In this document: positions 18,972-29,088 of the stretch, one piece after another
Numbering within the stretch: the stretch's first letter is position 1
Layout: each line of letters starts with the position of its first letter
DNA from: Clostridia bacterium
Lineage (GTDB): Bacteria; Bacillota; Clostridia; UBA1381
DNA: 64,000 nt
Direction of reading: 5' to 3'
NCBI GenBank assembly: GCA_045648165.1
Contig: JAZRNL010000008.1
Span: forward strand, 50,834-114,833
The notes under the pieces: model-generated
Told to the model about the DNA's origin: nothing
Seen by the model: only the letters and a program-made list of their open reading frames with translations
The model's database searches: none
Position numbers and translations under genes: made by a program

Positions 18972-19784
18972 TTATATAAATTCCAGAACAACTATTACAG
19001 AAGTCAAAATAAAGAAGAAAATAAGAGCTATAATATCTCTCTTACCCGGATGATATTCTGTCATTTTAGTTCTGCCTTTTCCGCCCCTGTAGCACCTAGA
19101 CTCCATAGCGGTTGCAAGCTCATCTGCACGCCTGAATGCGCTTACAAACAAAGGAACAAGTATAGGGATTAAGGATTTTGCTCTTTTTATTATACCGCCT
19201 GATTCGAAATCAGCACCTCTTGCCTTCTGAGCCTTTATAATTTTATCCGTTTCATCTGCAAGAGTCGGAATAAACCTGAGCGCAATAGTCATCATCATTG
19301 CAATTTCATGAGCTGGTACCTTGATTACAGACAAAGGTCTTAGTAAACGCTCAATACCGTCAGTAAGCTTAAGAGGTGTTGTTGTTAGTGTAAGCACTGA
19401 TGTTGAAAGAAGAAGATATAAAAGACGTATTACCATAATTATAGCAGTCCTTACTCCCTGCTTTGACACCGAGAATACAAACAACCCAAACACATCTGCA
19501 GATAACAGTTTATCACCGGGAGTCATAAACAAATTCATTACCGCAGTGAACACAAGTATAAACACCATAGGTTTTATACCTTTTAAAATAAGCTTAAGAG
19601 GAACTCCGCATGAAAAGAGGATAGTAATAGTAAATATACTCACAATCACATATGATAAAATCTCATCTATAATAAACAAGAGTACCATATAAAGAACAGC
19701 AAGTATAATTTTGATTTTGGGGTCCATTCTATGAATGAAAGAATCTCCTTCAACATATTGGCCTATTATAACATCTTTAAACAT
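18972..19784 (-). CDS. ecfT: ECF transporter transmembrane (T) component
   Basis: 270 aa membrane protein with the ALRFIP...KAQKARG signature, directly downstream of two ECF ATPase genes. Confidence 0.88.
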   Translation of the reverse strand: MFKDVIIGQYVEGDSFIHRMDPKIKIILAVLYMVLLFIIDEILSYVIVSIFTITILFSCGVPLKLILKGIKPMVFILVFTAVMNLFMTPGDKLLSADVFGLFVFSVSKQGVRTAIIMVIRLLYLLLSTSVLTLTTTPLKLTDGIERLLRPLSVIKVPAHEIAMMMTIALRFIPTLADETDKIIKAQKARGADFESGGIIKRAKSLIPILVPLFVSAFRRADELATAMESRCYRGGKGRTKMTEYHPGKRDIIALIFFFILTSVIVVLEFI

Positions 19785-19786
19785 AA

Positions 19787-20644
19787 CTATCTGCCCTCCT
19801 TACGAAGAAGTTCTGAAATTGCGTTAATTCCATATTTCAGAGTATAGATATGAGGTGGCAGTTCATAGCCTTTATTTCTTAACTTATCTGTTATAGATGT
19901 GATCTGGGGCACATTAAGACCTATTTTTTTAAGTTCCTCTCCTCGGGAAAATATCTCGGCCACAGTCCCAGTCATTGCCACTGTTCCCTTGTTCATAACA
20001 ATAATTCTCTCAGCAACCCCTGCAACATCTTCCATAGAATGAGAAACAAAGATTATAGTCATTTCAGGGCGTAATTCGTGAAGATTTTTAAGCATCGCAA
20101 GAATTCTGTCTCTTCCCTTTGGATCAAGACCTGCCACCGGTTCATCAAGAACTAACACTGACGGTTCCATTGCAATAACACCCGCAATAGCTACTCGCCT
20201 TTTCTGACCGCCTGACAATTCAAAAGGAGACTTCAAAAAATATTTATCTTTTATCTCCATAATTTCACAAGCACGAATTACACGGTGTTTGATTTCCTCT
20301 TCGCCAAGTCCGAGGTTTTTAGGCCCGAAAGCTATATCATCATATACAGTTTCTTCAAAAAGTTGATACTCAGGGTATTGAAAAACAAGACCAACTTTTT
20401 TTCTGATTTCAATTTTATTTGCGTTTTTATCTGTAACATCCAACCCGTCGATTATCACTGTTCCTGAAGACGGCATGGTAAGTGCATTAAAATGTTGAAT
20501 AAGAGTCGATTTACCGGAACCTGTATGACCAATCAAAGCAACAATTTCACCGTTTTGTATATCTAAGTTTATATTATCGAGCGCAACTCTACCGGTAGGC
20601 AATCCCTCTCCGTAAACGAAGCTAAGGTTTTTAACACTAATCAT
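19787..20644 (-). CDS. ecfA2: ECF transporter ATPase A2
   Basis: ABC ATPase motifs GHTGSGKST, LSGGQKRR and LVLDEP. ATG 20644 forms an ATGA overlap with the ecfA1 stop. Confidence 0.9.
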   Translation of the reverse strand: MISVKNLSFVYGEGLPTGRVALDNINLDIQNGEIVALIGHTGSGKSTLIQHFNALTMPSSGTVIIDGLDVTDKNANKIEIRKKVGLVFQYPEYQLFEETVYDDIAFGPKNLGLGEEEIKHRVIRACEIMEIKDKYFLKSPFELSGGQKRRVAIAGVIAMEPSVLVLDEPVAGLDPKGRDRILAMLKNLHELRPEMTIIFVSHSMEDVAGVAERIIVMNKGTVAMTGTVAEIFSRGEELKKIGLNVPQITSITDKLRNKGYELPPHIYTLKYGINAISELLRKEGR

Positions 20645-21489
20645 TTTCCTACCTCCAGCAAACGCACAATCTCTCTCACACACTCTTCTGAAGTGATAAC
20701 GTGAGGAATAGGAAAGCCCTCTTCTCTCAAAGAGAAAGCGAGCTCAGTGGCTTGGGGCACATCAAGACCGATTTTCTTAAGCAAAGTAATATTTTTAAAT
20801 ACTTCAAACGGTGTATCATCCAGGAGAACCTTGCCGTTATCCATTACAACCACCCTGTCTGCTTCTGCCGCTTCGTCCATATAATGAGTGATAAGTACAA
20901 CAGTTACTCCTCTTTCACGATTAAGTTTTTTTATAGTTTCAATAACTTCTGTACGACCAACAGGGTCAAGCATTGCCGTAGGCTCGTCAAGGATAATATA
21001 TTTAGGCTCCATAGCAAGAACAGATGCAATTGCAACTCTCTGCTTCTGACCGCCGGAAAGTCTGGATGGTTGCTGACGTCTGTAATCATACATACCTACA
21101 CACTTAAGGCACGCATCGACACGGTTTCGGATTTCTTCAGAGGGTACTCCAAGATTTTCAGGTGCAAAAGCAACATCATCTTCTACCACCGCCGCCACCA
21201 TCTGGTTGTCGGGATTCTGAAACACCATTCCAACATCAGAGCGAATGTCAAAAAGACGGTCCTCATCCTTAGTGTTGATACCGTCTACTATACAATCTCC
21301 GCTATCAGGTATAAGTATACCGTTTAAATGCTTGGCAAGTGTAGATTTCCCTGAACCATTATGACCAAGAATTGCCACAAACTCCCCTTCTTTTATAGAA
21401 AGGCTCACATTATCAAGCACACGGGCTTCTTCATCTGATACTTCTTTTTGATAACTGAATGATATGTTTTTAATTTCAATCATTATCAA
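20641..21489 (-). CDS. ecfA1: ECF transporter ATPase A1
   Basis: ABC ATPase motifs GHNGSGKST, LSGGQKQR and IILDEP. Confidence 0.9.
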   Translation of the reverse strand: MIMIEIKNISFSYQKEVSDEEARVLDNVSLSIKEGEFVAILGHNGSGKSTLAKHLNGILIPDSGDCIVDGINTKDEDRLFDIRSDVGMVFQNPDNQMVAAVVEDDVAFAPENLGVPSEEIRNRVDACLKCVGMYDYRRQQPSRLSGGQKQRVAIASVLAMEPKYIILDEPTAMLDPVGRTEVIETIKKLNRERGVTVVLITHYMDEAAEADRVVVMDNGKVLLDDTPFEVFKNITLLKKIGLDVPQATELAFSLREEGFPIPHVITSEECVREIVRLLEVGK

Positions 21490-21681
21490 TCAAATCCTTT
21501 ACAAAATTAAACATAATGATACTATCATAAATCCAACAAAAAATAAATACTTTTTTTACATTTTGTGGCTATCTTTACAAAAAAACAAATTTACCTTACA
21601 TAAAATTTAGATAAATACAAACCTCATAAATATATATTATCGTCATTAATATTACAAAATGATTAAACTATTATTATTCTG

Positions 21682-21728
21682 TTGACAAAAAAATAGCATT
21701 ATGATATTATAGTATCTAATATTAGATA
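21682..21728 (+). promoter_or_regulatory. Promoter plus 16-bp palindromic candidate operator for the ligase-ACP operon
   Basis: TTGACA (21682-21687), 17 nt, TATTAT (21705-21710), then the perfect palindrome TATCTAATATTAGATA (21713-21728) over the expected transcription start. Confidence 0.5.
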
Positions 21729-21745
21729 TCAAGGAGTGTGATACG

Positions 21746-23311
21746 ATGAAGATGAAATACAAGCCCTTACAAAAAAAGTTAGAGCTTAATAACTTCAAGG
21801 ATTTAATTGAATTCAGAGCTAACTCTTCAAACAAAATTGCGTATAAGTACAGACTGAAAAAAGAAGTCATAGAAATCACAGCCGAACAGTTCAAGCAACA
21901 CATCGAATTTTTTGGAACTTATCTGTATAATTGCGATGTAAAAAACACAAAGGTAGCCTTAATCGGTGAAAATAGTTATGAATGGATTGTTTCATATTTT
22001 GCTATAGTAAATGGTGGAAATGTGGTAGTTCCCCTGGATAAAGAACTTTCACCCGAAGATATTAAAGAGCTCATCACAAGAAGTAATTGTTCTGCGCTTG
22101 TGTATGCAGACTCATACAGTGATATTGCGGAGGATAATTCTGAACTGAAAACATATTCTATGAAAGACTTTGCCAAGTTTTACGAAGAAGGCCGTAAAAT
22201 TATTGACGGTGGCAATACTGAGTATCTCGACTATGTTCCTGACGGTGATGCAATGAGCTCAATTATATTCACTTCAGGTACTACCGGCAAGCCTAAGGGT
22301 GTTATGCTTTCACCAAAAAACATGATAGCAGACATCAATGCTGCAGGAAGCATTTCTTCTCTTGCCGGAGATACTTTGCTTACTCTTCCTTTGCATCATA
22401 CATTTGCTTTTTCAACAAGTGTAATTGCAAATATTATGTTTGAAGGCACAACAGCTATCAACGCCAGCATCAGAAACTTCAAGAAAGACCTGGCAGAATT
22501 TAAGCCAAGAAACATATGCGTTGTTCCACTCTATCTCGAATCACTTTACAAAAACATCTGGAACGGAGCTAAAGAACAGAAAAAAGATAAGCTTTTGAAG
22601 GTTATGATAAAAATAAGCAACATCCTCAGAAAAGTCGGAATAGACCTCAGAAGAAAGCTATTTAAATCTATTCTTGATAATCTTGGCGGAAATCTCGACC
22701 TTCTCGTTGCAGGCGGTGCACCCATCAGCGATGTTTACACAAAAGGCTTTGACGATTTAGGAATAACAGTTCTTAACGGCTACGGAATTACAGAATGTTC
22801 TCCTGTAGTATCAGTTAACGAATATGGAAACCTTGTACTTGGCAGTGTTGGTGTTGTATGCGATTGTTGTGAAATAAAGATTAAAGACGGAGAAATCCTT
22901 GTCAAAGGTGAGAACGTAATGCTTGGATATTTTGGAGATGAAAAGGCAACCGAGGAAGCGTTTGATGATGGTTGGTTTAAAACCGGTGACCTTGGTCATC
23001 TGGAAGGTAACATTCTTTTCATCACAGGAAGAAAGAAAAACCTTATCATTTTAAGTAACGGTAAAAACGTATCACCTGAAGAATTGGAAGACCTTATTCT
23101 TACCAATTCAAACGCAGATGAAGTTATTGTTTCAGCAGAAGGCGACTACATCGGCGCAGAAATATACGCAGAAAACCGTGAAGGTATTCAGGAAGCAATA
23201 AATGAACTTAACAAAAAGCTTCCTTCCTACAAGCAAATCCAGAAAGTCACATTCAGAGATACTGAATTTGAAAAAACCACAACAAAGAAAATAAAGAGAA
23301 AATACAACTAA
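21746..23311 (+). CDS. AMP-dependent synthetase/ligase (long-chain acyl-CoA / acyl-ACP synthetase-like)
   Basis: 521 aa with IFTSGTTGKPKGVML, GYGITE, and TGDLG...GRKKNLI adenylation motifs. Confidence 0.85.
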   Translation: MKMKYKPLQKKLELNNFKDLIEFRANSSNKIAYKYRLKKEVIEITAEQFKQHIEFFGTYLYNCDVKNTKVALIGENSYEWIVSYFAIVNGGNVVVPLDKELSPEDIKELITRSNCSALVYADSYSDIAEDNSELKTYSMKDFAKFYEEGRKIIDGGNTEYLDYVPDGDAMSSIIFTSGTTGKPKGVMLSPKNMIADINAAGSISSLAGDTLLTLPLHHTFAFSTSVIANIMFEGTTAINASIRNFKKDLAEFKPRNICVVPLYLESLYKNIWNGAKEQKKDKLLKVMIKISNILRKVGIDLRRKLFKSILDNLGGNLDLLVAGGAPISDVYTKGFDDLGITVLNGYGITECSPVVSVNEYGNLVLGSVGVVCDCCEIKIKDGEILVKGENVMLGYFGDEKATEEAFDDGWFKTGDLGHLEGNILFITGRKKNLIILSNGKNVSPEELEDLILTNSNADEVIVSAEGDYIGAEIYAENREGIQEAINELNKKLPSYKQIQKVTFRDTEFEKTTTKKIKRKYN

Positions 23312-23326
23312 GAAAGGGACATTAAT

Positions 23327-23545
23327 ATGTTTGAAAGAGTTAAAAATATTTTATCAGAATTTGCAGATGCAAATGTAATCGCACCTGACGCATCCCTCAC
23401 CGCTGACTTAGGTCTCACATCATTCGATGTTATTTCTATCATAATGGCTTTTGAGGATGAGTTTGAAATCGAAATTTCAGACAGGGATGCCCATAAAATG
23501 GTTACAGTACAGGACATTGTTGACTACATAGAAGAAAGAGTATGA
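23327..23545 (+). CDS. Acyl carrier protein
   Basis: 72 aa and acidic. DLGLTSFDVISIIMAFEDEF carries the phosphopantetheine Ser context. It lies 16 nt after the ligase stop. Confidence 0.75.
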   Translation: MFERVKNILSEFADANVIAPDASLTADLGLTSFDVISIIMAFEDEFEIEISDRDAHKMVTVQDIVDYIEERV

Positions 23546-23618
23546 ATTTTAAGGTTTTGTGTCAAGGCGCCAAACCTATATTACACTTCAATGTTATCAA
23601 CCGATAATTCATAAAATA

Positions 23619-23653
23619 AACAGCTCTGATTGCACAAATGCATCAGAGCTGTT
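23619..23653. terminator. Bidirectional intrinsic terminator
   Basis: AACAGCTCTGAT-loop-ATCAGAGCTGTT followed by TTT, between convergent genes. Confidence 0.75.
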
Positions 23654-23669
23654 TTGATATTAACCAACA

Positions 23670-25100
23670 TTACTCAGGAATTTTGTTCTCTCCAGTAAAT
23701 AGTTCATATGCTTTATTTAATTGTTCATCAACAAGGATTTCTAAAGAAGAAAACTCTTTATCAATTCTTGACTGCGTTGTTATATCAAGAACCCCATATG
23801 AATATAAATCTGTTTTCTCCTGGAATTCTTTAATAGCATCTTCTAAAAGGATATCAAACTGTTCATTAATTTCCCCACTATAGTAACCAAGATAATACAG
23901 TTTTTCCTTTGCCACCTTCACATCAGTCCCAACATCACCAATCTTAAGTTTATTTAAGAAACCAAATTGAGGATACTTTTTAACATCAATAGGCTTTAAA
24001 ACGTTTTCCACTTCAACATCCGGATAAAGTCCTATACCGTTAATGGCATTGCCGTTTCTTGTAAGATAATGCCCTATTGTGAGTTTGAAAACAGAGCCGT
24101 TTGAAAGGGGAAACGTACCCTGTATAACACCTTTTCCGTATGTTTTATTACCTATAAGAATTCCCGCTTTTGAATCCTGTAAAGCACCCGCTAAAATTTC
24201 CGCTGCGCTGGCAGTGTATTCATTTACAAGAACATTAAAATTATATTTTGTAGATTTAAGCTCAGAATAAAATGTTTTGTTCATATACGGCTGACGATAT
24301 TTAGTGTCAACAATAACCCCCTCAGGGACAATTAAACGACCTAAGGTTACTGCACAGTCAAGATATCCTCCGCCATTATTACGAAGGTCCAGAATAATAT
24401 TTTTTATTCCGTCTTTATCCGCAGAAGACAAAGCTTCAGAAAACTCCAGTGTTGTATGATCTGACATATCTATAACGCTGATATAGGCCACATCATCAGA
24501 CAGTTTCGTATAAGTTACAGTATCCTCATTAACTTCACAACGTATTACATCATATGTAAACGTTTCGCCATTTCGAAGAACTGATACATTAACAACTTTT
24601 CCAAGTTCCCCCGCAATCGCATTTCTCACTGCATTAGTGTTTTTGCCGTACATATCTTCGCCGTTAACTTTGGATATTTTATCACCAATCATCATTCCAC
24701 AGGCTTCTGCCGAACTCCCCTGTGTAAAACCTGTAATAACCACATATCCTTCACGTTGTTCAATACGTACACCTATTCCGTAAAATGTACGATTTATACC
24801 ATTTACAAAACCCTGGTACTCCTCTTTAGTGAAAAATTCACTATACGGATCAAGAGCAAGTAACATACTTTTAAGGAGTTCAAGCAGCTTATCGTCATCA
24901 TCTTTGACATATTCAGATATTGCTCTTAGCATTATATTTGTATCGTCAAGAGTGTCGTCAATATAGTATGTTGAAATGTAACCCGCTACCTGTTCAAAAA
25001 CGCCATATTCAGGACTGAACTCAAATTCAGCCAGAGCTAAAGATGGCGCAACAAACATTGCAAGACACATAATCAAAGAAATCAGTCGTTTAAATTTCAT
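23670..25100 (-). CDS. ctpA: S41 C-terminal processing peptidase with PDZ and a C-terminal peptidoglycan-binding domain
   Basis: Signal peptide, PDZ (GDKISKVNGED), LDLRNNGGG, a SAAE...GNKTYGKG catalytic region, and a PG_binding_1-like tail (LYYLGYYSGEINEQFD). Confidence 0.85.
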   Translation of the reverse strand: MKFKRLISLIMCLAMFVAPSLALAEFEFSPEYGVFEQVAGYISTYYIDDTLDDTNIMLRAISEYVKDDDDKLLELLKSMLLALDPYSEFFTKEEYQGFVNGINRTFYGIGVRIEQREGYVVITGFTQGSSAEACGMMIGDKISKVNGEDMYGKNTNAVRNAIAGELGKVVNVSVLRNGETFTYDVIRCEVNEDTVTYTKLSDDVAYISVIDMSDHTTLEFSEALSSADKDGIKNIILDLRNNGGGYLDCAVTLGRLIVPEGVIVDTKYRQPYMNKTFYSELKSTKYNFNVLVNEYTASAAEILAGALQDSKAGILIGNKTYGKGVIQGTFPLSNGSVFKLTIGHYLTRNGNAINGIGLYPDVEVENVLKPIDVKKYPQFGFLNKLKIGDVGTDVKVAKEKLYYLGYYSGEINEQFDILLEDAIKEFQEKTDLYSYGVLDITTQSRIDKEFSSLEILVDEQLNKAYELFTGENKIPE

Positions 25101-25540
25101 ATTGTTTCCTTTCTATCTATACATTTAACTGTTATGGTTACGTTGTTTCTGTAAGTTTTGTCGGTGATATCCATTTTATAATCCAAAACAATTTTACCAC
25201 CATCAGAATCAAGTGCGCACATTACATTTTTGCACTTTATAGAGACGGGAATACTGCCATAAGGAGTATTATACACAGTTTTATATTCTTTCCCGCTTTT
25301 GAATGTAAGCACAGAAGAATAAGAACCCGTGCGCTTAATTTCAACCGTTTCACCATCGCATCTTATCACACTGTCAGACATTTTATCACCATCTTCGCCA
25401 TATTCAGTGTAGAATATAAAATATTTATCTTTTTTAATATATAACGAGCCGTTATATTCATCAGAGATAAGAGTTTTTTCTCCATCATCAATCTGAACGG
25501 TTCTTACCTTAACAACAACTTCTTTTTTTAAGTTATCCAT
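25097..25540 (-). CDS. DUF1934 (YwiB-like) beta-barrel protein
   Basis: 147 aa, with size and sequence character consistent with YwiB-like proteins. It overlaps the ctpA start by 4 nt. Confidence 0.6.
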   Translation of the reverse strand: MDNLKKEVVVKVRTVQIDDGEKTLISDEYNGSLYIKKDKYFIFYTEYGEDGDKMSDSVIRCDGETVEIKRTGSYSSVLTFKSGKEYKTVYNTPYGSIPVSIKCKNVMCALDSDGGKIVLDYKMDITDKTYRNNVTITVKCIDRKETI

Positions 25541-26602
25541 TTACTTTAATCGGTCCTCCGCAAGTTCAATAAGACGGTCAAGAAGTTCAGAATAACCAAC
25601 TCCGCAGGCTTTCCAAAGCTTAGGATACATACTAATATTGGTAAATCCGGGAAGTGTGTTGATTTCATTCAGTATAACTTTATTATCAGAGTTTCTCACA
25701 AAAAAGTCAACTCGGGAAAGTCCCATACCATCCATAGCACGAAAAGCTTTAACCGCATAGGCTCTTATCTCCTCACGAATTTCAGGCGCAAGGTCAGCCG
25801 GTATATGAAGCTCAGTTGTGTTATCGTTATACTTGGCGTCAAAGTCGTAGAATTCAACCATAGGCACAATCTCCCCAACCTCTGATGCATCGGCATTAAG
25901 ATTGCCCAAAACTGCACATTCAACCTCTCTGCCATCGATATTTTCCTCGACTAAAACCTTTCTGCCGAATTCCAGCGCATATAAAATTGCACTTTTGAGC
26001 TCTTCTCTGCAATTTGCTTTACCCACCCCCACAGATGAGCCTGTAGATGCAGGCTTTACAAAGCAGGGATACCCAATTTTTTCTTCAATTTCGGTTATTT
26101 TCATATCTACATCATCGGCATGAAGCACAGTTACCCATGCAGCCTGCGGAATCCCTGCATTCCCAAAAACAATTTTAGATAGAGTTTTATCCATCGAATT
26201 TGCACTACCCGGCACGCCCATACCAACATATTTTATACCGCTGAGCTCAAACAAACCCTGAACAGTACCATCTTCTCCATATTCACCGTGAAGCACAGGA
26301 AAAACACAGTCTATTTTTATGAGTTCGACATTTCCATCCTTCCACATAAGCAATCCGCCATCAGAAGTGTCAGGAGAAATAATAGCTTTATAAAGGCAAT
26401 CCTTTTCTTGTTCCCATAAACCGCCTTCAATTTTATTATAATCACCTGTATACAAAAACCATTTCCCTGTTTTTGTAATACCCAGCATATGTACATTATA
26501 CTTATCTTTGTTAAGATTTCTTATTACAGAAGTTACAGATTTTAAAGAAATTTCATGTTCAGGCGACATGCCGCCGAACACAACACATATATTTTTTTTC
26601 AT
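25541..26602 (-). CDS. ddl: D-alanine--D-alanine ligase
   Basis: VVFGGMSPEHEISL, VLHGEYGEDGTVQG, and an ATP-grasp C-terminus ending NEINTLPGFT. Confidence 0.95.
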   Translation of the reverse strand: MKKNICVVFGGMSPEHEISLKSVTSVIRNLNKDKYNVHMLGITKTGKWFLYTGDYNKIEGGLWEQEKDCLYKAIISPDTSDGGLLMWKDGNVELIKIDCVFPVLHGEYGEDGTVQGLFELSGIKYVGMGVPGSANSMDKTLSKIVFGNAGIPQAAWVTVLHADDVDMKITEIEEKIGYPCFVKPASTGSSVGVGKANCREELKSAILYALEFGRKVLVEENIDGREVECAVLGNLNADASEVGEIVPMVEFYDFDAKYNDNTTELHIPADLAPEIREEIRAYAVKAFRAMDGMGLSRVDFFVRNSDNKVILNEINTLPGFTNISMYPKLWKACGVGYSELLDRLIELAEDRLK

Positions 26603-26742
26603 ACAAAAAATCCTTTCAGAAATTACATACCTCTATGATACTATTAATTTTTATAAATTTCAAGACTTTTAATAAAATTTAATATATTTTTAAAATAAAT
26701 CAAAAAAGGAAAAACGCATAAAACGTATTTCCTTTCACATAT

Positions 26743-27609
26743 TTATGTACCTGACAGTTCATCCATTGCCGCCAAAACTATTTTTGCATTTTCCTCATAA
26801 ATATCAGCAAGTTGCTCAGTAGGAATAGGATTTTTGCCCATAGCCATTTCAACGGTAAATCCCGGATTACCGAACTCCTTTATAAACCAATCCTTACATC
26901 CGCCGTATGAGGCCGTTCCTACAGGCATAGTAACAGCATATCCGCTTACTTCTCCCATTCTATTTGCTATATCTTCACTTCTTTTTTCAACCATTCCGTC
27001 AAAATCATAATAAATTTCCCTACCCTGAGAATGAAAACATATAAGCATATCAGCTTTAAGATCCCTCAAAAAGCCACAAAGAGCAATAGTTTCAGGTTCA
27101 CTTTCCGGATACTTCCCTCCATAAAGGGACGGTGCCGGTTTTTTAACAGTATTTTGCCACAACGCATCGTAATTATGGTTGAGATCAACTCCCGAAGCAT
27201 TAGCCTGCCATACCTTACTGAAGCTATGAATTCCAACGGAGCTTATCAGCTTCCTGTGTACAGGATTTGTTATATCAAGCCCGTTAACCGCGATATCAAC
27301 GCCATCCGGATTAATCATAGGCAAAATATACAACGTTACATCGGTGAAAAACTCTACGGCATTTTTATCAAACAGCTTCCCGTCGTTCATAAGCGCGAAA
27401 TTATATTCCTTTACGAAACGCATAAGAAAGCATGTAGTTATATATTCCAAACCATGATGAGCTCCGGTAATTACAAGTTTTTTATCTCCCCTCCCGGTTT
27501 TAAGGCAATATATTTCTCTCCCCATAGATGTTTCACCTATTGATGTAACCTCAGTTGCAACTGGATTTAAAAATTCAATCTCTTTTTTTAAAACATTAAA
27601 ATCATACAT
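26743..27609 (-). CDS. M14-family zinc carboxypeptidase (gamma-D-glutamyl-diamino-acid peptidase-like)
   Basis: GAHHGLEYIT (HxxE zinc site), NPDG and FHSQG. GGGAAGGA RBS before ATG 27609. Confidence 0.75.
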   Translation of the reverse strand: MYDFNVLKKEIEFLNPVATEVTSIGETSMGREIYCLKTGRGDKKLVITGAHHGLEYITTCFLMRFVKEYNFALMNDGKLFDKNAVEFFTDVTLYILPMINPDGVDIAVNGLDITNPVHRKLISSVGIHSFSKVWQANASGVDLNHNYDALWQNTVKKPAPSLYGGKYPESEPETIALCGFLRDLKADMLICFHSQGREIYYDFDGMVEKRSEDIANRMGEVSGYAVTMPVGTASYGGCKDWFIKEFGNPGFTVEMAMGKNPIPTEQLADIYEENAKIVLAAMDELSGT

Positions 27610-27629
27610 AAAAATCCTTCCCAAATTTT

Positions 27630-28073
27630 TCAAAAAATTTTTACCACATAAAATACTAATCCGCACAAAAATGATGACAACGTTGCAAATAGTATTACCG
27701 GGCCGGCAATGGTAAAAAGCTTTGCACCGACTCCCAGAACTAATCCCTCAGACCGTGCCTCAATTGCCGGCGATACAACAGCATTTGCAAAACCGGTTAT
27801 GGGAACAACCGTACCTGCTCCTGCAACTTTTCCAATTTTAGGAAAAACATCCAGACCGGTCAATATTCCCGCTACTACAATAAGAGTTACAGAAGTAAGT
27901 GTTGCCACTGTCTTTTCAGGCAATTCAAAACTTTCATAAAATGAAGATAAAAACTCACCCAAAACCCAGATTGCCCCGCCTATCAAAAACGCATTTATTG
28001 TATCTTTTATAACAGGCGATTTTTTTGATTTGTCCATCACATAGCTATTATACTCTTCCTTGGTCATATTCAC
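27630..28073 (-). CDS. spoVAC: Stage V sporulation protein AC
   Basis: 147 aa, aligning by eye along its length with B. subtilis SpoVAC (GAGTVVPITGFANAVVSPAIE...SEGLV). Confidence 0.85.
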   Translation of the reverse strand: MNMTKEEYNSYVMDKSKKSPVIKDTINAFLIGGAIWVLGEFLSSFYESFELPEKTVATLTSVTLIVVAGILTGLDVFPKIGKVAGAGTVVPITGFANAVVSPAIEARSEGLVLGVGAKLFTIAGPVILFATLSSFLCGLVFYVVKIF

Positions 28074-28233
28074 AGTTCATCACTCCATAATTTTATGGAT
28101 ATAGTATTTCACACATTATAATATATATTCAATAAATGTTAACTTTATTTAAATTTTTTAGAAACTACTTGAAAATTTGTTGTTTTAGATATATACTAAA
28201 ATAGTCTATATAACTTTAAATATGGAGAGAATT

Positions 28234-29088
28234 ATGTTCGGTTACGTAAATGTATTAAAAGATGATTTAAAAGTACGGGATTATATGTTGTTCAGATCAT
28301 ACTATTGCGGGCTTTGCAAGGCTTTAGGAAAACATTGTTCAGAAAGCTCAAGACTCGGTCTTAGTTATGATATGACATTTCTGGCAGTACTTCTTAGTTC
28401 GCTAAGTGATTCACCTGTAGAAATACAAAATTCCTCTTGCATAATGCATCCCTTTACCAAACGAACATATATAAAAAACGAACCGTCAATAGATTATGCC
28501 GCAAACGCTTCCGCTTTACTTTACTACAGCAAAATAAAAGATGACTGGAAAGATGATAAGTCTTTAAAGGCACTGATAGGACTGTTAATATACAAAAAAT
28601 CATATAAAAAGGCATCAAAAAGATATCCGGATCTTGCAAGAAACATAAAACACCATCTAAAAGAGCTGTCAAGACTGGAATCAGAGAAAATAACAGACAT
28701 TGACCTCACTGCAAATTGCTTTGCAAAAATCACGGAAGAGATATTTTCTCCCGACTTTATCGGCGAAAACAAACGTCCTGCAGCCTGGCTTGGCTACAAT
28801 ATAGGACGTTGGATATATGTGGCAGATGCATTTTCCGACCTTGATAAAGATATAAAAAAGAAAAATTTCAATCCCTTTCTTCCAACGAGCGATGTTAAGG
28901 ATTACGACAAATATAAATCCGACATTGCCAAACAGCTTTCTGTTTCTATGACATTCACCTTGGAAAATGCAGCATCAGGGTTTAACCTTCTTAAAATACA
29001 CAAAAACGAAGAAATATTAAAAAATATACTTTACTCAAGCCTTAAGGCAAAACAAGACAAAATTTTAAATTATAAGGATGTGGAATAA
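28234..29088 (+). CDS. DUF5685-family protein
   Basis: The [33 protein letters not shown]-terminus matches DUF5685 as I remember it. GGAGAG RBS before ATG 28234. Confidence 0.6.
   Translation: MFGYVNVLKDDLKVRDYMLFRSYYCGLCKALGKHCSESSRLGLSYDMTFLAVLLSSLSDSPVEIQNSSCIMHPFTKRTYIKNEPSIDYAANASALLYYSKIKDDWKDDKSLKALIGLLIYKKSYKKASKRYPDLARNIKHHLKELSRLESEKITDIDLTANCFAKITEEIFSPDFIGENKRPAAWLGYNIGRWIYVADAFSDLDKDIKKKNFNPFLPTSDVKDYDKYKSDIAKQLSVSMTFTLENAASGFNLLKIHKNEEILKNILYSSLKAKQDKILNYKDVE

Noticed and set aside
20701-21327. 208-aa ORF on the plus strand.
   Set aside because: It lies entirely antisense to ecfA1, has low-complexity composition rich in unusual residues, and has no RBS. It is a shadow ORF. The same reasoning applies to 27031-27543, 41581-42042, 41828-42154, 7613-7972, 8442-8798, 17207-17593, 38243-38599, 38556-38951 and the other short antisense ORFs in the track.
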